Below, one piece after another: positions 1-9,572 of a stretch of 52,604 bases of DNA. The stretch spans positions 1 to 52,604 of the forward strand of contig OMST01000064.1 in assembly GCA_900313815.1 (NCBI GenBank), in the 5' to 3' direction. Every line of letters starts with the position of its first letter. Within the stretch, counting starts at the first letter, position 1. The stretch is from an uncultured Eubacteriales bacterium (GTDB taxonomy: Bacteria; Bacillota_I; Bacilli_A; RF39; UBA660). A model generated the notes under the pieces. That model was not told the origin of the DNA and searched no databases. It saw only the letters and a program-made list of their open reading frames with translations. Position numbers and translations under genes: made by a program.

Positions 1-64
1 TCATTATTGTTATTATTGATATGCCTAGTATTATTATAAAATATGCCCAATATGATTCTTTCAT
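1..64 (-). CDS. 5' fragment (gene runs off the left edge) of a second small N-anchored membrane protein, paralog of 177..599
   Basis: Reverse strand has ATG at 62-64, then MKESYWAYFIIILGISIITIM. Nucleotides 38-64 are identical to 573-599, the start of the neighbouring 140-aa gene. Confidence 0.6.
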   Translation of the reverse strand, partial: MKESYWAYFIIILGISIITIM

Positions 65-176
65 ACTTTCACCATTCTACCTTTTTTTATACTATTTATA
101 GTATATCATATTTATTATATTTTTTACAATTAAAAAGAAAGTATTTCTACTTCCTTTTATTAATAGTATTTACTAA

Positions 177-599
177 TTATTCAGCTTTTTCTACTCCATA
201 TATTGTTTCTAATATACCATTTAAAGTAGTATCTAATTTAACATCGAAATTTTCTGATCCCACTTCAGTTACTCCACTACTTGTTCTTATTCTTACTGTT
301 GCTTTTGGCGGATCTTCATATATATCATAGAAACTTAATTCATATGTTTTATTGTTACTTACTGAATCAGCAAATCTTCTTATGAATACTTCGACAAATT
401 TTTGCTCTGACATTATTACTTTTCCTGTTGTTCTATAAGTTCCGTAATCTACTGCATCAATCATAGAAGCTTCTAAGACTTCTCTTCCTAAATAGAAGTC
501 TTCTTCTGTTGTTGTTGTTAGTCTTTGTATTAACAACATAACAAGTACTATTACTATACCTAATATAAGTAAAAAATATGCCCAATATGATTCTTTCAT
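177..599 (-). CDS. small single-pass membrane protein (N-terminal TM anchor, ~110-aa external domain), unknown function
   Basis: 140-codon ORF with a hydrophobic N-terminus (WAYFLLILGIVIVLVMLLI). It lies 13 nt downstream of the 1247-aa gene on the same strand. I recognise no family. Confidence 0.7.
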   Translation of the reverse strand: MKESYWAYFLLILGIVIVLVMLLIQRLTTTTEEDFYLGREVLEASMIDAVDYGTYRTTGKVIMSEQKFVEVFIRRFADSVSNNKTYELSFYDIYEDPPKATVRIRTSSGVTEVGSENFDVKLDTTLNGILETIYGVEKAE

Positions 600-612
600 T
601 TCTTACACCACC

Positions 613-3600
613 TTAATTACTTATTGTTTTAGATCCACTTACTTGAACACCTACTCGTTCGTAAGCAGAATTCTTTAACTCATTTAAGAATGAACTCTTA
701 CAATCACTGAATTGATATAAACCACTATCTTTATTTATAGTTAATTCACATTTAATTAATGTTGCATTTAAGTATCCACCATTATTACGCTCTTGTTCAT
801 TATATTCTTTAATCATCTTAATAGCTTCTGGTGTAAGTACATATCTATAATCTAAATACTTATCATTAGTAAATATTATATCTGCAGAAGCTTTAATATC
901 ATTTATTATATTAATATGTTGTTTTCTTTCTTCACCATATCCTACCCAGTTAGTACCTGGATCTCTAGTAGAAATACCATTTTGTTCAGATATTTCTGCA
1001 TCAGGGAATAAATCATTTAATTCAACATTTCTAAATATAAATCCATAGTTTTTACTATCTGTTTTATCCCAATTAGTACAATTATCTTTTATAACTGGAA
1101 TTCCATCTTTCATTTCAAAACATGAGTTCTTACATTTAGTTAAATCAATGCTTCCGTCTTCATTCTTATAATTACAATCATATAAAACTGTTGTATTATA
1201 AGCATCATATTTACAAGTATAATTATATGTTTTATCACGTTGGTTAGCGCGTAATTTATAACTATAATTAATATTATATGAACCAGTTGGATTATAATTA
1301 CTTACTGGATATGAGTTACTTGGAAGAGGTGTCCATGAAGTATCATTTACATCAACGCTACCATCTTTTACTTTTCCAGTATAAGCCTGAGCTTTATAAT
1401 CTTGTGCTTGATAATAATCACTTTCAGCAATCATTCTAAATGAAGCATAATCGTTAGATGGAACAGTTACGTTCCTATAATTACAACTTCCGCCTGAACA
1501 TATTAAATATTTTAATGTTTCAGTTCTATTGCTTCCACTTATTTCTGTAGGATTATTCTTATCATATTTATAACAATTATTTCCACTACAATAATAAGTT
1601 TTATTCTTATCTGCATCTTGTATTGCTACTGTTTTCTTAGCTATTTTTGGTGTTTTGCCATATTCACTATCTTCATAAGTAACAGTTAATGCAGGGCATT
1701 CATTAGTTCCTTCACATAATGGTCTGCTTAAAGCATATTCTTTTGTAGTACCATATTCTGGCATACTAATACTAGAATATGGATCAACTAAATCATTTTT
1801 ACTATAGAAATTACAGTTTTGTAATTCATATAGCCATTGTGATACTTCTTTTATAGCTGCATTATATGCATTTGTGTTTTTTGATTCATATGTTAATTTA
1901 ACAATATCCATTTTCTTGTTAAATTCTTCTTTCCATGCAGCATATTTAATTTGAGATGTACATTGTCTTTCAACAATAACAACACTTGTTAATTTTTGAT
2001 CACTTACCGTATTCTTTAGTATTCCTTTTGATTTTAAAACATTGCCTAAGTCATAACTAAATTGCATTCCAGAATATACCTTAGTTTTATTTGGCATATA
2101 GAATGTTACATCATCTTTACAATATATATTACATACTCTATCATTGATTTTATATCTAATATTATAGTTATAAGTTTCTTTTTCAGATGGATTACATGCA
2201 TTCATAATACAACTCATCTTAGGTCCTTCAATAGTTGAAACTGTATAATCAGGATCAGACGGATTATTACAATTTGCACTTAAATGTTCTATAGGTGTTA
2301 AATTATTACATTTATCATCTGGAGAACAAGGACATTCAATTCTTGTTGTAGTTTCAATATAATCTTTAGATTCTGTTCCCTCGTTTTGAGTTTCACACTT
2401 TTCTAAATTAAATGCAAATGATATCATCTTTTGATATTTTTGAGGATTTTTAGCAGCTGTATAGAATCTAATCCATCCATTGCTTCTTGACCATCCTTTT
2501 ATTGTTACTCTAATAGTTAAAACAGAACGTATTCTTCCACTTGTTATTATGTCACATAATTTAGTACCAGTTGTTTTAATTTTACATAATCGTTTATTAC
2601 AGAATCCACCAGTAACTACTAAATCAGTTACATCAACTAATTGACCACTAGAATCAGTATAGAAATATTGAACTTTAATTTTTTCACAAGTGCCATTCTT
2701 TATTTCTTCATCAGTACATTCAATTTCTAATGTTTCGAAAGTTTCAGGTAGTTCAATAATAGTTTCACCAGTTGGAATAGCATCATCTATATTAGATGCA
2801 TGATTTGAACCATATTCTGTATGAGTAATAACAGGTACTTCTTTTACAAAACTTATTCCACCTAGATAAGGATGATCAGCATCACTTCCTGCTCTTTCTG
2901 CATTATGGAATAATTCAATTGCTTTATCTATATCACATTGACCAGGTGTTTCACCTTTTCTACACACGATTAAATTTCGTTGATTGCTTAAATCGCTCTT
3001 CCATGAGGTATCATATGTTTTACCTCCAGTAATAGCTTTAGCTGTTACTTCATAGAAATTTTCTTTAGGAATCCAATCTAGTATAGAGTTTTCTGAAGAT
3101 TCTCCTAGCTTAAGTCCATATTGTGTCTTACCATAATGTGCCATCCATAATCTTAATGCAAGTGTTATAGTTGCATTATTATATTTTCCATTTGAAACAT
3201 ATGATGTTGCAGTTCCGGTTACTGTTTCTCCCCCTATTTCAGTTGTATAGGTAGCTCCAGTTGAATCAGCTGGTCTAACAGTTTGGAATAATATTTGTGC
3301 AAGACCACACTCTACACGATTTTGATCATTTTTGTTTTTAAATGGGCTAACACAGCTAGATAAATCAAAACTACTATCTAAAATATATTCAAGTCCAGCA
3401 ACTCCAGGACCAGTTGCACCTGGTTGTAAACAGTAAACTGGATCACCGGAAGATGTAACATTTCCAGTATCCAATTCATAACTATATGAATATACATCGG
3501 CAGATGAAGGCTCACATTTATCAGATATTCTATGAGCTTCTGTTTTATCATAATGCCATGTATAATAACACTCGGTCTTTTCACTGCTTGATCCTTCAGA

Positions 3601-4356
3601 TAATACGTTGGATTCAACAGTAAATAAATTTGCTCTTTCTAAATTAACTCTAAATGGAGATGTTTTAGTAGTGTTAGTAGTATTATTATTACCCGGCTTA
3701 TCAATAGGATCATACACTTTGTTTACAGAAACTTTTATTTGAACGCATACTTTAGCATCTTCTGTTTCTGCGCAAATAGTATCAGTACCCGCTGATTTTG
3801 CTTTAACTGTTGCAGATTTTCCACTACCAGATACAGTAGTGTAGCTTCCCCCACTCCATTTAACACTTGAGCCTTCACTTATAGTTAATATTGTGCTTCC
3901 ATATGATGTATCATATGGTGCAGTATCTGCTGAAGTATGATATTTTTCTGTTATATATATTGTTGTTGCTCCCGTAATACTTGGACAATGCTTTTCTTTA
4001 ATACATTCAGGTTCTTTACAAGCAGCGCTACCTTTACATGAACTCTTAGGATCTTCTATATCACAGCATGCTGGTTTTCTCCATAAATCTATTTCAGGTT
4101 GATTTTTACATGCCTCATCAGCCTCTTCTTCAGTATGATAATGTTCTCCATCAGTTACTGGGATAGTTTCTATTGTTATTGGATAATGGCAAGTATAAAC
4201 TTCACCAACTTTATCTCTATTACCATTCCATTTAATTTTAACAATACCATTTGGATCAGGTATACAAGATATAGTTGTTGTTTCAGCATATACTATGCAT
4301 AAAAAACATATAGAAATAATTACTACATTTAATATTTTAACTAATTTGTCTTTCAT
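613..4356 (-). CDS. giant secreted cysteine-rich surface protein, paralog A (unknown family)
   Basis: Uninterrupted 1247-codon ORF with a signal peptide (…FLCIVYA/ETT) and no C-terminal TM or LPXTG-like signal. It is collinear with 5132..8833: GDPVYCLQPG/GDPAYCLQPG, TITLALRLW/TITYALRLW, CPCSPDDKC/CPCDPNKKC, VCNIYC/ICNIYC, NDYASF, NGGY…C…CKS[ST]FLN. Confidence 0.85.
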   Translation of the reverse strand: MKDKLVKILNVVIISICFLCIVYAETTTISCIPDPNGIVKIKWNGNRDKVGEVYTCHYPITIETIPVTDGEHYHTEEEADEACKNQPEIDLWRKPACCDIEDPKSSCKGSAACKEPECIKEKHCPSITGATTIYITEKYHTSADTAPYDTSYGSTILTISEGSSVKWSGGSYTTVSGSGKSATVKAKSAGTDTICAETEDAKVCVQIKVSVNKVYDPIDKPGNNNTTNTTKTSPFRVNLERANLFTVESNVLSEGSSSEKTECYYTWHYDKTEAHRISDKCEPSSADVYSYSYELDTGNVTSSGDPVYCLQPGATGPGVAGLEYILDSSFDLSSCVSPFKNKNDQNRVECGLAQILFQTVRPADSTGATYTTEIGGETVTGTATSYVSNGKYNNATITLALRLWMAHYGKTQYGLKLGESSENSILDWIPKENFYEVTAKAITGGKTYDTSWKSDLSNQRNLIVCRKGETPGQCDIDKAIELFHNAERAGSDADHPYLGGISFVKEVPVITHTEYGSNHASNIDDAIPTGETIIELPETFETLEIECTDEEIKNGTCEKIKVQYFYTDSSGQLVDVTDLVVTGGFCNKRLCKIKTTGTKLCDIITSGRIRSVLTIRVTIKGWSRSNGWIRFYTAAKNPQKYQKMISFAFNLEKCETQNEGTESKDYIETTTRIECPCSPDDKCNNLTPIEHLSANCNNPSDPDYTVSTIEGPKMSCIMNACNPSEKETYNYNIRYKINDRVCNIYCKDDVTFYMPNKTKVYSGMQFSYDLGNVLKSKGILKNTVSDQKLTSVVIVERQCTSQIKYAAWKEEFNKKMDIVKLTYESKNTNAYNAAIKEVSQWLYELQNCNFYSKNDLVDPYSSISMPEYGTTKEYALSRPLCEGTNECPALTVTYEDSEYGKTPKIAKKTVAIQDADKNKTYYCSGNNCYKYDKNNPTEISGSNRTETLKYLICSGGSCNYRNVTVPSNDYASFRMIAESDYYQAQDYKAQAYTGKVKDGSVDVNDTSWTPLPSNSYPVSNYNPTGSYNINYSYKLRANQRDKTYNYTCKYDAYNTTVLYDCNYKNEDGSIDLTKCKNSCFEMKDGIPVIKDNCTNWDKTDSKNYGFIFRNVELNDLFPDAEISEQNGISTRDPGTNWVGYGEERKQHINIINDIKASADIIFTNDKYLDYRYVLTPEAIKMIKEYNEQERNNGGYLNATLIKCELTINKDSGLYQFSDCKSSFLNELKNSAYERVGVQVSGSKTISN

Positions 4357-5039
4357 AGTTTTCTCATCCTTTTCTTATGACTTAATATTTTATAGCCATA
4401 TATAATTGAAATAATAATTATTGGAGCAACTATAAAGAACCAATATTTGCTGATATAATAACCCACTTTCTCAAAAAAGTTCATATTGTTGATTCTATTT
4501 TTTTCAGCCTTATCTTCCATTGCCTTATCAAATTCTTCTTTTGTTAAATTGGAAGAATCATATACAATTGAACACATTTCATCATCATTGTTTTCACAAG
4601 CTGAATATAAGCTATACTCGTTAAATGAAGGCATAGTAATTTCAGCTGATGAAATCAATGCGTTAGGGCAAGAAGATTTTTCATTTCCATAAATACTTAT
4701 TGTATATGTTTTAGGACTATAATGAATATAAGAACCATAAACATATTGCTCCAAATTTTCATTATATTTTGCTTCTTCTGCTTCATTGGAGAATGAATCT
4801 TTTACCATTACTTTAATTTTCTCTGAATATGGATATATTTTTATTAAATATGCATACTTTTGAGGTATTAAGTACTCCTTTCCATTTTCATCTACAATTG
4901 TTTCATCTTTATCTAGTGAATAACCTAGTTGCATATTACTTACAAATTCATTTAATTCTGTATCAGAACATATAGCTTTTACATTGAAAGTAAATACAAA
5001 CATAAGAAATACTACTATAAAGATTTTAAATGTTTTCAT
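4353..5039 (-). CDS. type-I membrane protein (signal peptide, 4-Cys ectodomain, C-terminal TM plus basic tail), partner of giant A
   Basis: 228 aa with signal peptide MKTFKIFIVVFLMFVFTFNVKA/ICSD and C-terminal FFIVAPIIIISIIYGY followed by KKRMRKL. Its stop overlaps the start of the 1247-aa gene by 4 nt. Paralog of 8830..9519 and 9573..10211. Confidence 0.8.
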   Translation of the reverse strand: MKTFKIFIVVFLMFVFTFNVKAICSDTELNEFVSNMQLGYSLDKDETIVDENGKEYLIPQKYAYLIKIYPYSEKIKVMVKDSFSNEAEEAKYNENLEQYVYGSYIHYSPKTYTISIYGNEKSSCPNALISSAEITMPSFNEYSLYSACENNDDEMCSIVYDSSNLTKEEFDKAMEDKAEKNRINNMNFFEKVGYYISKYWFFIVAPIIIISIIYGYKILSHKKRMRKL

Positions 5040-5071
5040 ATTCCACCTACTCTCTACTATTTATTATAACA
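5040..5071 (-). promoter_or_regulatory. extended -10 promoter (TGTTATAAT) plus conserved short leader TAGTAGAGAGTAGGTG upstream of the 228-aa gene
   Basis: Minus strand reads TGTTATAAT (5063-5071), 3 nt, TAGTAGAGAGTAGGTG (5044-5059), 4 nt, ATG. The same 16-mer occurs at 9524-9539. Confidence 0.5.
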
Positions 5072-5091
5072 CAACAATATTTTTTTTCATA

Positions 5092-5125
5092 GAAAAAGAT
5101 TTGAATTTTTTCTCAAATCTTTTTA
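5092..5125 (-). terminator. hairpin terminator between giant B and the next module
   Basis: 10-bp perfect stem, aaagatttga (5095-5104) with tcaaatcttt (5113-5122), flanked by A/T runs. It lies just downstream of the stop at 5132. Confidence 0.5.
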
Positions 5126-5131
5126 ATAGTA

Positions 5132-8100
5132 TTAACTGTTGTTCCAATCAATCTTTAAACCGGCATTTTTATATTTACTTTGATTTAATTCATCATTTAA
5201 GAATGTACTCTTACATTCAGTAAACATTGGTAATTGATTAGATTCTTCACTTACTAACTTACAATTCTTTAATGTTGGATTAGAATATCCTCCATTGCTT
5301 GATTGATTGTTATTATATTTAACAATTAAATCCACTACAGGTGGAGTAATTGTAATAGTAACTACTCTATGATTTTCTTCTGTATTTGGAGTATATACTT
5401 GAGTACCAATACTTCTCATCTTCTTAATAATGTTTTCACCAAGTTCAGTACCCCAGTTATTTGTATATCCATTATCATTTCTAGTACTAATAATTATTCT
5501 TCCGTCTTTTTTAGTAATAACTGCTCCTGGGAATGGATCTTCATCATCAACATATCTAACAAAGAATCCATTTTGTGCGCTTAATGAATCATTTGTCCAG
5601 TTTACTTCACTTAAATCAGCTATACCATTTTTAACAGTTGGATTATCAGTACTACATTTACTTAAATCAATAGTTCCATCTGCTTTCTTATAATTGCAGT
5701 TATAAAGTGTAGTAGTATTAAATACTTTATATTGACACGTATATTTATAAGTATCTCCAGATGCTGCTTTAATTCCACTAAATGTATATTTTATATCACG
5801 ATTTCCAGATGCTTCATTAATACCAACTGGATATATATTACTTGGTAATTGTGTGTAAGATGTATCTTTAGAATCAGCTTTGCCTTTAACAACTTTTCCA
5901 GTTAAAGCTTGTACTTTATATTCTGTAGATTGATAATAGTCTCTTTCAGTTGTCATTGTAAATGATGCATAATCATTATTAGGCACATTTACAGACTTTC
6001 CACCATAGCTAACAGTTGTGGTTGATGAAGAACCAGTTAATTCATATTCTTGATTTCTAGTATATGTATAACAATTACTACCCCTACAATATTTTGTAGT
6101 ATTTAAATTAGTATTAACTAAACCAGTAGTATTTCTTACATCAAGTGTACTCTTATATGTATCATCAGGATATTCGAAACCAGATAATCTAGGACACTTA
6201 CTATCAGTTGTACATTTAGCCACATCTAACATATAGTCTTTAGAAGAGCCTTTCCCTGATACAGCCGTTTTTGCATTTCTGTAAGTTGCTGGAATATCGG
6301 ATTGACTATATAAATTACAATTATATAAATCATAAACCATTTCGTTAAGTTCTTTATCGCTTACTTTATTGTCAACTGCTTTTTTAAATCCTTCTAGCCA
6401 ATAAGCATAATCTATTTCAGAAGTACATTTTCTCTTATAAGTAATTACAGCTGTTAATTTATTATTTTCTTCTGCTAGATTTCTATTTCTAAATTCATCA
6501 AGTTTTTGTTTTAATTCAGAACCTAAGTCATATCTAAATTGCATACCAGCATAAACACTAGTTCTTCCTGGCATATAAAATTTAGTTTCATCAGTACAAT
6601 AAATATTACAAATTGATTTATTAGCATTATAATCTCTAGTGTATTCATATTTGGATTTATCAAAAGCATAACAAGCATTAAGAATACAATTCATAGTTGG
6701 ATCTGTTACTGAAGATGAAACATAACTATCTCCAGTACATGTATGATTTAAATTTGATTTTGTAGTAATATCTGCTCCAAGACATTTTTTATTAGGATCG
6801 CAAGGACATTGAGGAGTTATTATTACTGTAGAATCAGCTTGTACTGTGGTTCTACCTTGTTCACAATCTTCTAATTTGTTGGCATATACCATCATTGCTT
6901 GATGCTTTTTCTTTTTAGCATCAGTATAGAATCTAATATAGCCAGTATTTCTCTTCCAATTATCTACATAAACTCTAACAGTGACAGGTAATGTTTGATT
7001 ACGTTCATCTACTTCACCCTTATATAATTTGCAAGTTTCTTGAGTAATTTCTGTCTCTACTTCGCATTTTATTCTGCATATTGCTTTTCCTTTACAATAT
7101 GATTCCGATCTTTCTTTCTCACTTCCATTACTTTCTAATGTGTAATAATAACAAGAACCTCCCTTTAATACTTGATTTGTTATATTGGTTCCTTTTTCAG
7201 TAAGTGTATATTCAGCATGAATACCGCAATTAGCAGCTTTAATATCTGAACAAGCGGTTACTTCTGCTGCGATTGATTCAGGTAAATCTATTATTGTCAT
7301 ACCCGTTGTATATGTTGATTGTAAATATGTGGTTTTTGGCATATCAGGATTAACATTAATTATTTGTTTAAAATAGTTTGGATCTTCAGCCTTAACTGCT
7401 TCTCTATACAATGTATAAACATTGGTCATTTTACAATTGCTACTACCTTTGCAACCCAAAATATGATTATTAGTCACCATAGTCTTAGTCCATGTACCAG
7501 CTTCCATCTTTTGAGCAGTTTTTTTATAATAGTTTTCAGAAGCTACAAAAGTATAGTCATTTAATTCGGTTGAATAATTTCCATTATCTTCAATGGCATA
7601 CCATGGGTTGTTTTTAAAATCACTGTGTTGAGCGCTCCAAAGCCTTAAAGCATATGTTATTGTTCCATATGAATACTGATTTGGCTTATATACCTCTTTT
7701 CCACTAGAATCCTTTTGATACATGGCTTGATGTAATATTACGGCTAAACCGCATCTCATATCATATGGCTTTGAACTTTTTCTATGCAATGAATCAGTAC
7801 ATAGTGATATATCAAATGTAGAATCTAGCGAATACTCAATTCCGTCACCAGCTCCGTAAGCTCCCGGCTGTAAACAATACGCAGGATCACCGCTAGTATT
7901 TGTTTTACCTGTTACAGTTACATATTTGGCTGCTTCAGCCTTTATATTACATGTTTTAGCTTGTGCTCCATCTTTTACAACCCATTTAGTAACGGTATAT
8001 GACCATTTATATACTTTGGAACTACCACCTGATCCAGAACCGCTTCCGCCTCCAGCATCTTCAATATTATTTTGACTTCGAAGATCCTTTGCAATAGGAC

Positions 8101-8833
8101 TAGTTACAGCATACCTAATATAGGCTGCTTGATTAAAACGACCTCCTCCAGGTCTTGATGGCTGTGCATAAGATCTTGAAACTGGGGTACTACTTGGTTT
8201 ACTACTTGGTTTAGATACTCCAGTACCATTAGCTTTACTGCTAGATTTACTGCTAGATTTACTGCTAGATTTACTGTTGGAAATGCCATAATAAGTGCTT
8301 GAACTACTTGAAGAAGGTAAATCAGAACTAGTGCACGTTTTAGTAATGCAACAAGGCTTAAGATTCATAGGAGGAATATTGCACATAAATTCATTTATAA
8401 TTGTCTCTTGTACTTCGTCAACTATCTCCTGTTCGGTTTTTTCAGTGACTGAACACGGACCGCATGCGCTTCCCCCTCGGCATTTATCTTTATCGGATCT
8501 ATTGGCACATGGATCTGAACAAGCAGGATCACTACTTCTGGCTGCTTCGCAGGCACTCTTAGCTTCACTTTGCGTATTTTTTATACCGGAAGGGGTTTGA
8601 GTAGTTTTTGTAGTTTCCGTACAACTAGTACTAACATATCCCACGGTTTCAGTATCATTAGTCCATCTGATAATAATGTTTTTACCATTGGATGTTCGGT
8701 CATCTTCTGATGTATCTACGCATTTAACCTCAGACTCAGAAACTTGAACTTCAGAAGAAGCCGCAAAGATGTCTTTTATCCACAATATAGATACAAGTAA
8801 AATTAATAAACATATTAAAATCTTATTTTTCAT
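5132..8833 (-). CDS. giant secreted cysteine-rich surface protein, paralog B (unknown family), with Ser/Lys-rich low-complexity insert
   Basis: Uninterrupted 1233-codon ORF with a signal peptide (…WIKDIFA/ASS) and no C-terminal anchor. Collinear with 613..4356. Carries SSSKSSSKSSSK, KPSSKPSS and GGGSGSGSGG linkers. Confidence 0.85.
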   Translation of the reverse strand: MKNKILICLLILLVSILWIKDIFAASSEVQVSESEVKCVDTSEDDRTSNGKNIIIRWTNDTETVGYVSTSCTETTKTTQTPSGIKNTQSEAKSACEAARSSDPACSDPCANRSDKDKCRGGSACGPCSVTEKTEQEIVDEVQETIINEFMCNIPPMNLKPCCITKTCTSSDLPSSSSSSTYYGISNSKSSSKSSSKSSSKANGTGVSKPSSKPSSTPVSRSYAQPSRPGGGRFNQAAYIRYAVTSPIAKDLRSQNNIEDAGGGSGSGSGGSSKVYKWSYTVTKWVVKDGAQAKTCNIKAEAAKYVTVTGKTNTSGDPAYCLQPGAYGAGDGIEYSLDSTFDISLCTDSLHRKSSKPYDMRCGLAVILHQAMYQKDSSGKEVYKPNQYSYGTITYALRLWSAQHSDFKNNPWYAIEDNGNYSTELNDYTFVASENYYKKTAQKMEAGTWTKTMVTNNHILGCKGSSNCKMTNVYTLYREAVKAEDPNYFKQIINVNPDMPKTTYLQSTYTTGMTIIDLPESIAAEVTACSDIKAANCGIHAEYTLTEKGTNITNQVLKGGSCYYYTLESNGSEKERSESYCKGKAICRIKCEVETEITQETCKLYKGEVDERNQTLPVTVRVYVDNWKRNTGYIRFYTDAKKKKHQAMMVYANKLEDCEQGRTTVQADSTVIITPQCPCDPNKKCLGADITTKSNLNHTCTGDSYVSSSVTDPTMNCILNACYAFDKSKYEYTRDYNANKSICNIYCTDETKFYMPGRTSVYAGMQFRYDLGSELKQKLDEFRNRNLAEENNKLTAVITYKRKCTSEIDYAYWLEGFKKAVDNKVSDKELNEMVYDLYNCNLYSQSDIPATYRNAKTAVSGKGSSKDYMLDVAKCTTDSKCPRLSGFEYPDDTYKSTLDVRNTTGLVNTNLNTTKYCRGSNCYTYTRNQEYELTGSSSTTTVSYGGKSVNVPNNDYASFTMTTERDYYQSTEYKVQALTGKVVKGKADSKDTSYTQLPSNIYPVGINEASGNRDIKYTFSGIKAASGDTYKYTCQYKVFNTTTLYNCNYKKADGTIDLSKCSTDNPTVKNGIADLSEVNWTNDSLSAQNGFFVRYVDDEDPFPGAVITKKDGRIIISTRNDNGYTNNWGTELGENIIKKMRSIGTQVYTPNTEENHRVVTITITPPVVDLIVKYNNNQSSNGGYSNPTLKNCKLVSEESNQLPMFTECKSTFLNDELNQSKYKNAGLKIDWNNS
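8191..8276 (-). repeat. in-frame 12-nt tandem repeats in the Ser/Lys-rich linker of giant B
   Basis: tacttggtttac/tacttggtttag at 8191-8214 and ctagatttactg x3 at 8241-8276, encoding SKPS and SSSK repeats. Confidence 0.8.
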
Positions 8834-9519
8834 TCTTGCTCTGCCTTCCTTTTATAACTGTTAATTCTTATTTTATAGTATATTGAAACAATTATTATTG
8901 GTAATAATACATATATCCAGTATTTTTTAATATATAACAAAGCAATCTGAAGTGAATTCATTTCTTCTTTAGATATACTTTCTTTCATTTCTTCTATTTC
9001 TTCTACAGTCATATCTTCTGTATTGGTATATACTTGACATAACTCAGTATTAGGGTGTTCTTCACAAAATGTAGTTGTACTGTAATTATTAAAAGCGGGT
9101 ACAGTATAATCAAAAGTTCTTAATAATTCTCCATAGCAAGCATTCTCATCATTAGAATAATAATTAATAGTATAGTGTCTATCTTCATAATGATATGAAG
9201 TTCCCATAATATCCGTAAAATATTTATAGCTATATACTACAGGGTACTTTTCTCCAGTATCTTTATCAATAACTTCCATTCTAAGTTTAGGATAATATGG
9301 ATATAACACAAGTACATAGCCATATTCTCTTGGAAGTGTATATGTCACTGTTTCTCCATCATCATTTTTTCCTTGATAGTTTAAATCTTTATCATCCAAA
9401 AATCCTAATAAAACATCATCTGCCATATGTAATATTTCATCATTATCACAGGACGCAAAAATGTTTGTGGTAAACACAAACATTAATAAAATACATAATA
9501 AAATTTTTAATTTTGACAT
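8830..9519 (-). CDS. type-I membrane protein (signal peptide, 4-Cys ectodomain, C-terminal TM plus basic tail), partner of giant B
   Basis: 229 aa with signal peptide …MFVFTTNIFA/SCDND and C-terminal IYVLLPIIIVSIYY followed by a KRKAEQE tail. It overlaps the start of the 1233-aa gene by 4 nt. Shares YPY…K…V and the Cys spacing with the 228-aa protein. Confidence 0.8.
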   Translation of the reverse strand: MSKLKILLCILLMFVFTTNIFASCDNDEILHMADDVLLGFLDDKDLNYQGKNDDGETVTYTLPREYGYVLVLYPYYPKLRMEVIDKDTGEKYPVVYSYKYFTDIMGTSYHYEDRHYTINYYSNDENACYGELLRTFDYTVPAFNNYSTTTFCEEHPNTELCQVYTNTEDMTVEEIEEMKESISKEEMNSLQIALLYIKKYWIYVLLPIIIVSIYYKIRINSYKRKAEQE

Positions 9520-9550
9520 AGGACACCTACTCTCTACTAAAATTATAACA
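9520..9550 (-). promoter_or_regulatory. extended -10 promoter (TGTTATAAT) plus conserved leader TAGTAGAGAGTAGGTG upstream of the 229-aa gene
   Basis: Minus strand reads TGTTATAAT (9542-9550), 2 nt, TAGTAGAGAGTAGGTG (9524-9539), 4 nt, ATG. Confidence 0.5.
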
Positions 9551-9572
9551 TATATTTTAGTATTTGAATAGA

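Noticed and set aside
43-330. 95-aa plus-strand ORF and the many other 60-117-aa ORFs lying antisense or out of frame inside long genes (e.g. 3378..3617, 4099..4302, 4486..4692, 4984..5223, 5369..5693, 7364..7564, 8104..8289, 8295..8600, 12030..12221, 15456..15683, 16189..16452, 17339..17566, 20000..20254, 27135..27449, 29120..29423, 29684..29920, 30264..30617, 31855..32097, 33996..34190, 38054..38257, 40488..40679, 46390..46590, 49146..49331)
   Set aside because: All are embedded in much longer ORFs with recognisable products or paralogs. They have low-complexity I/F/L/S-rich translations typical of antisense reading of AT-rich coding DNA, and no RBS.
613-8833. Sortase sorting signals (LPXTG, NPQTN, SPKTG types) in the giant proteins
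   Set aside because: Both giants end in hydrophilic sequence (…SGSKTISN, …KIDWNNS) with no C-terminal TM or basic tail. Internal NPT/NPQ tripeptides (e.g. YNPTGS, KNPQKY) are not followed by a membrane anchor.
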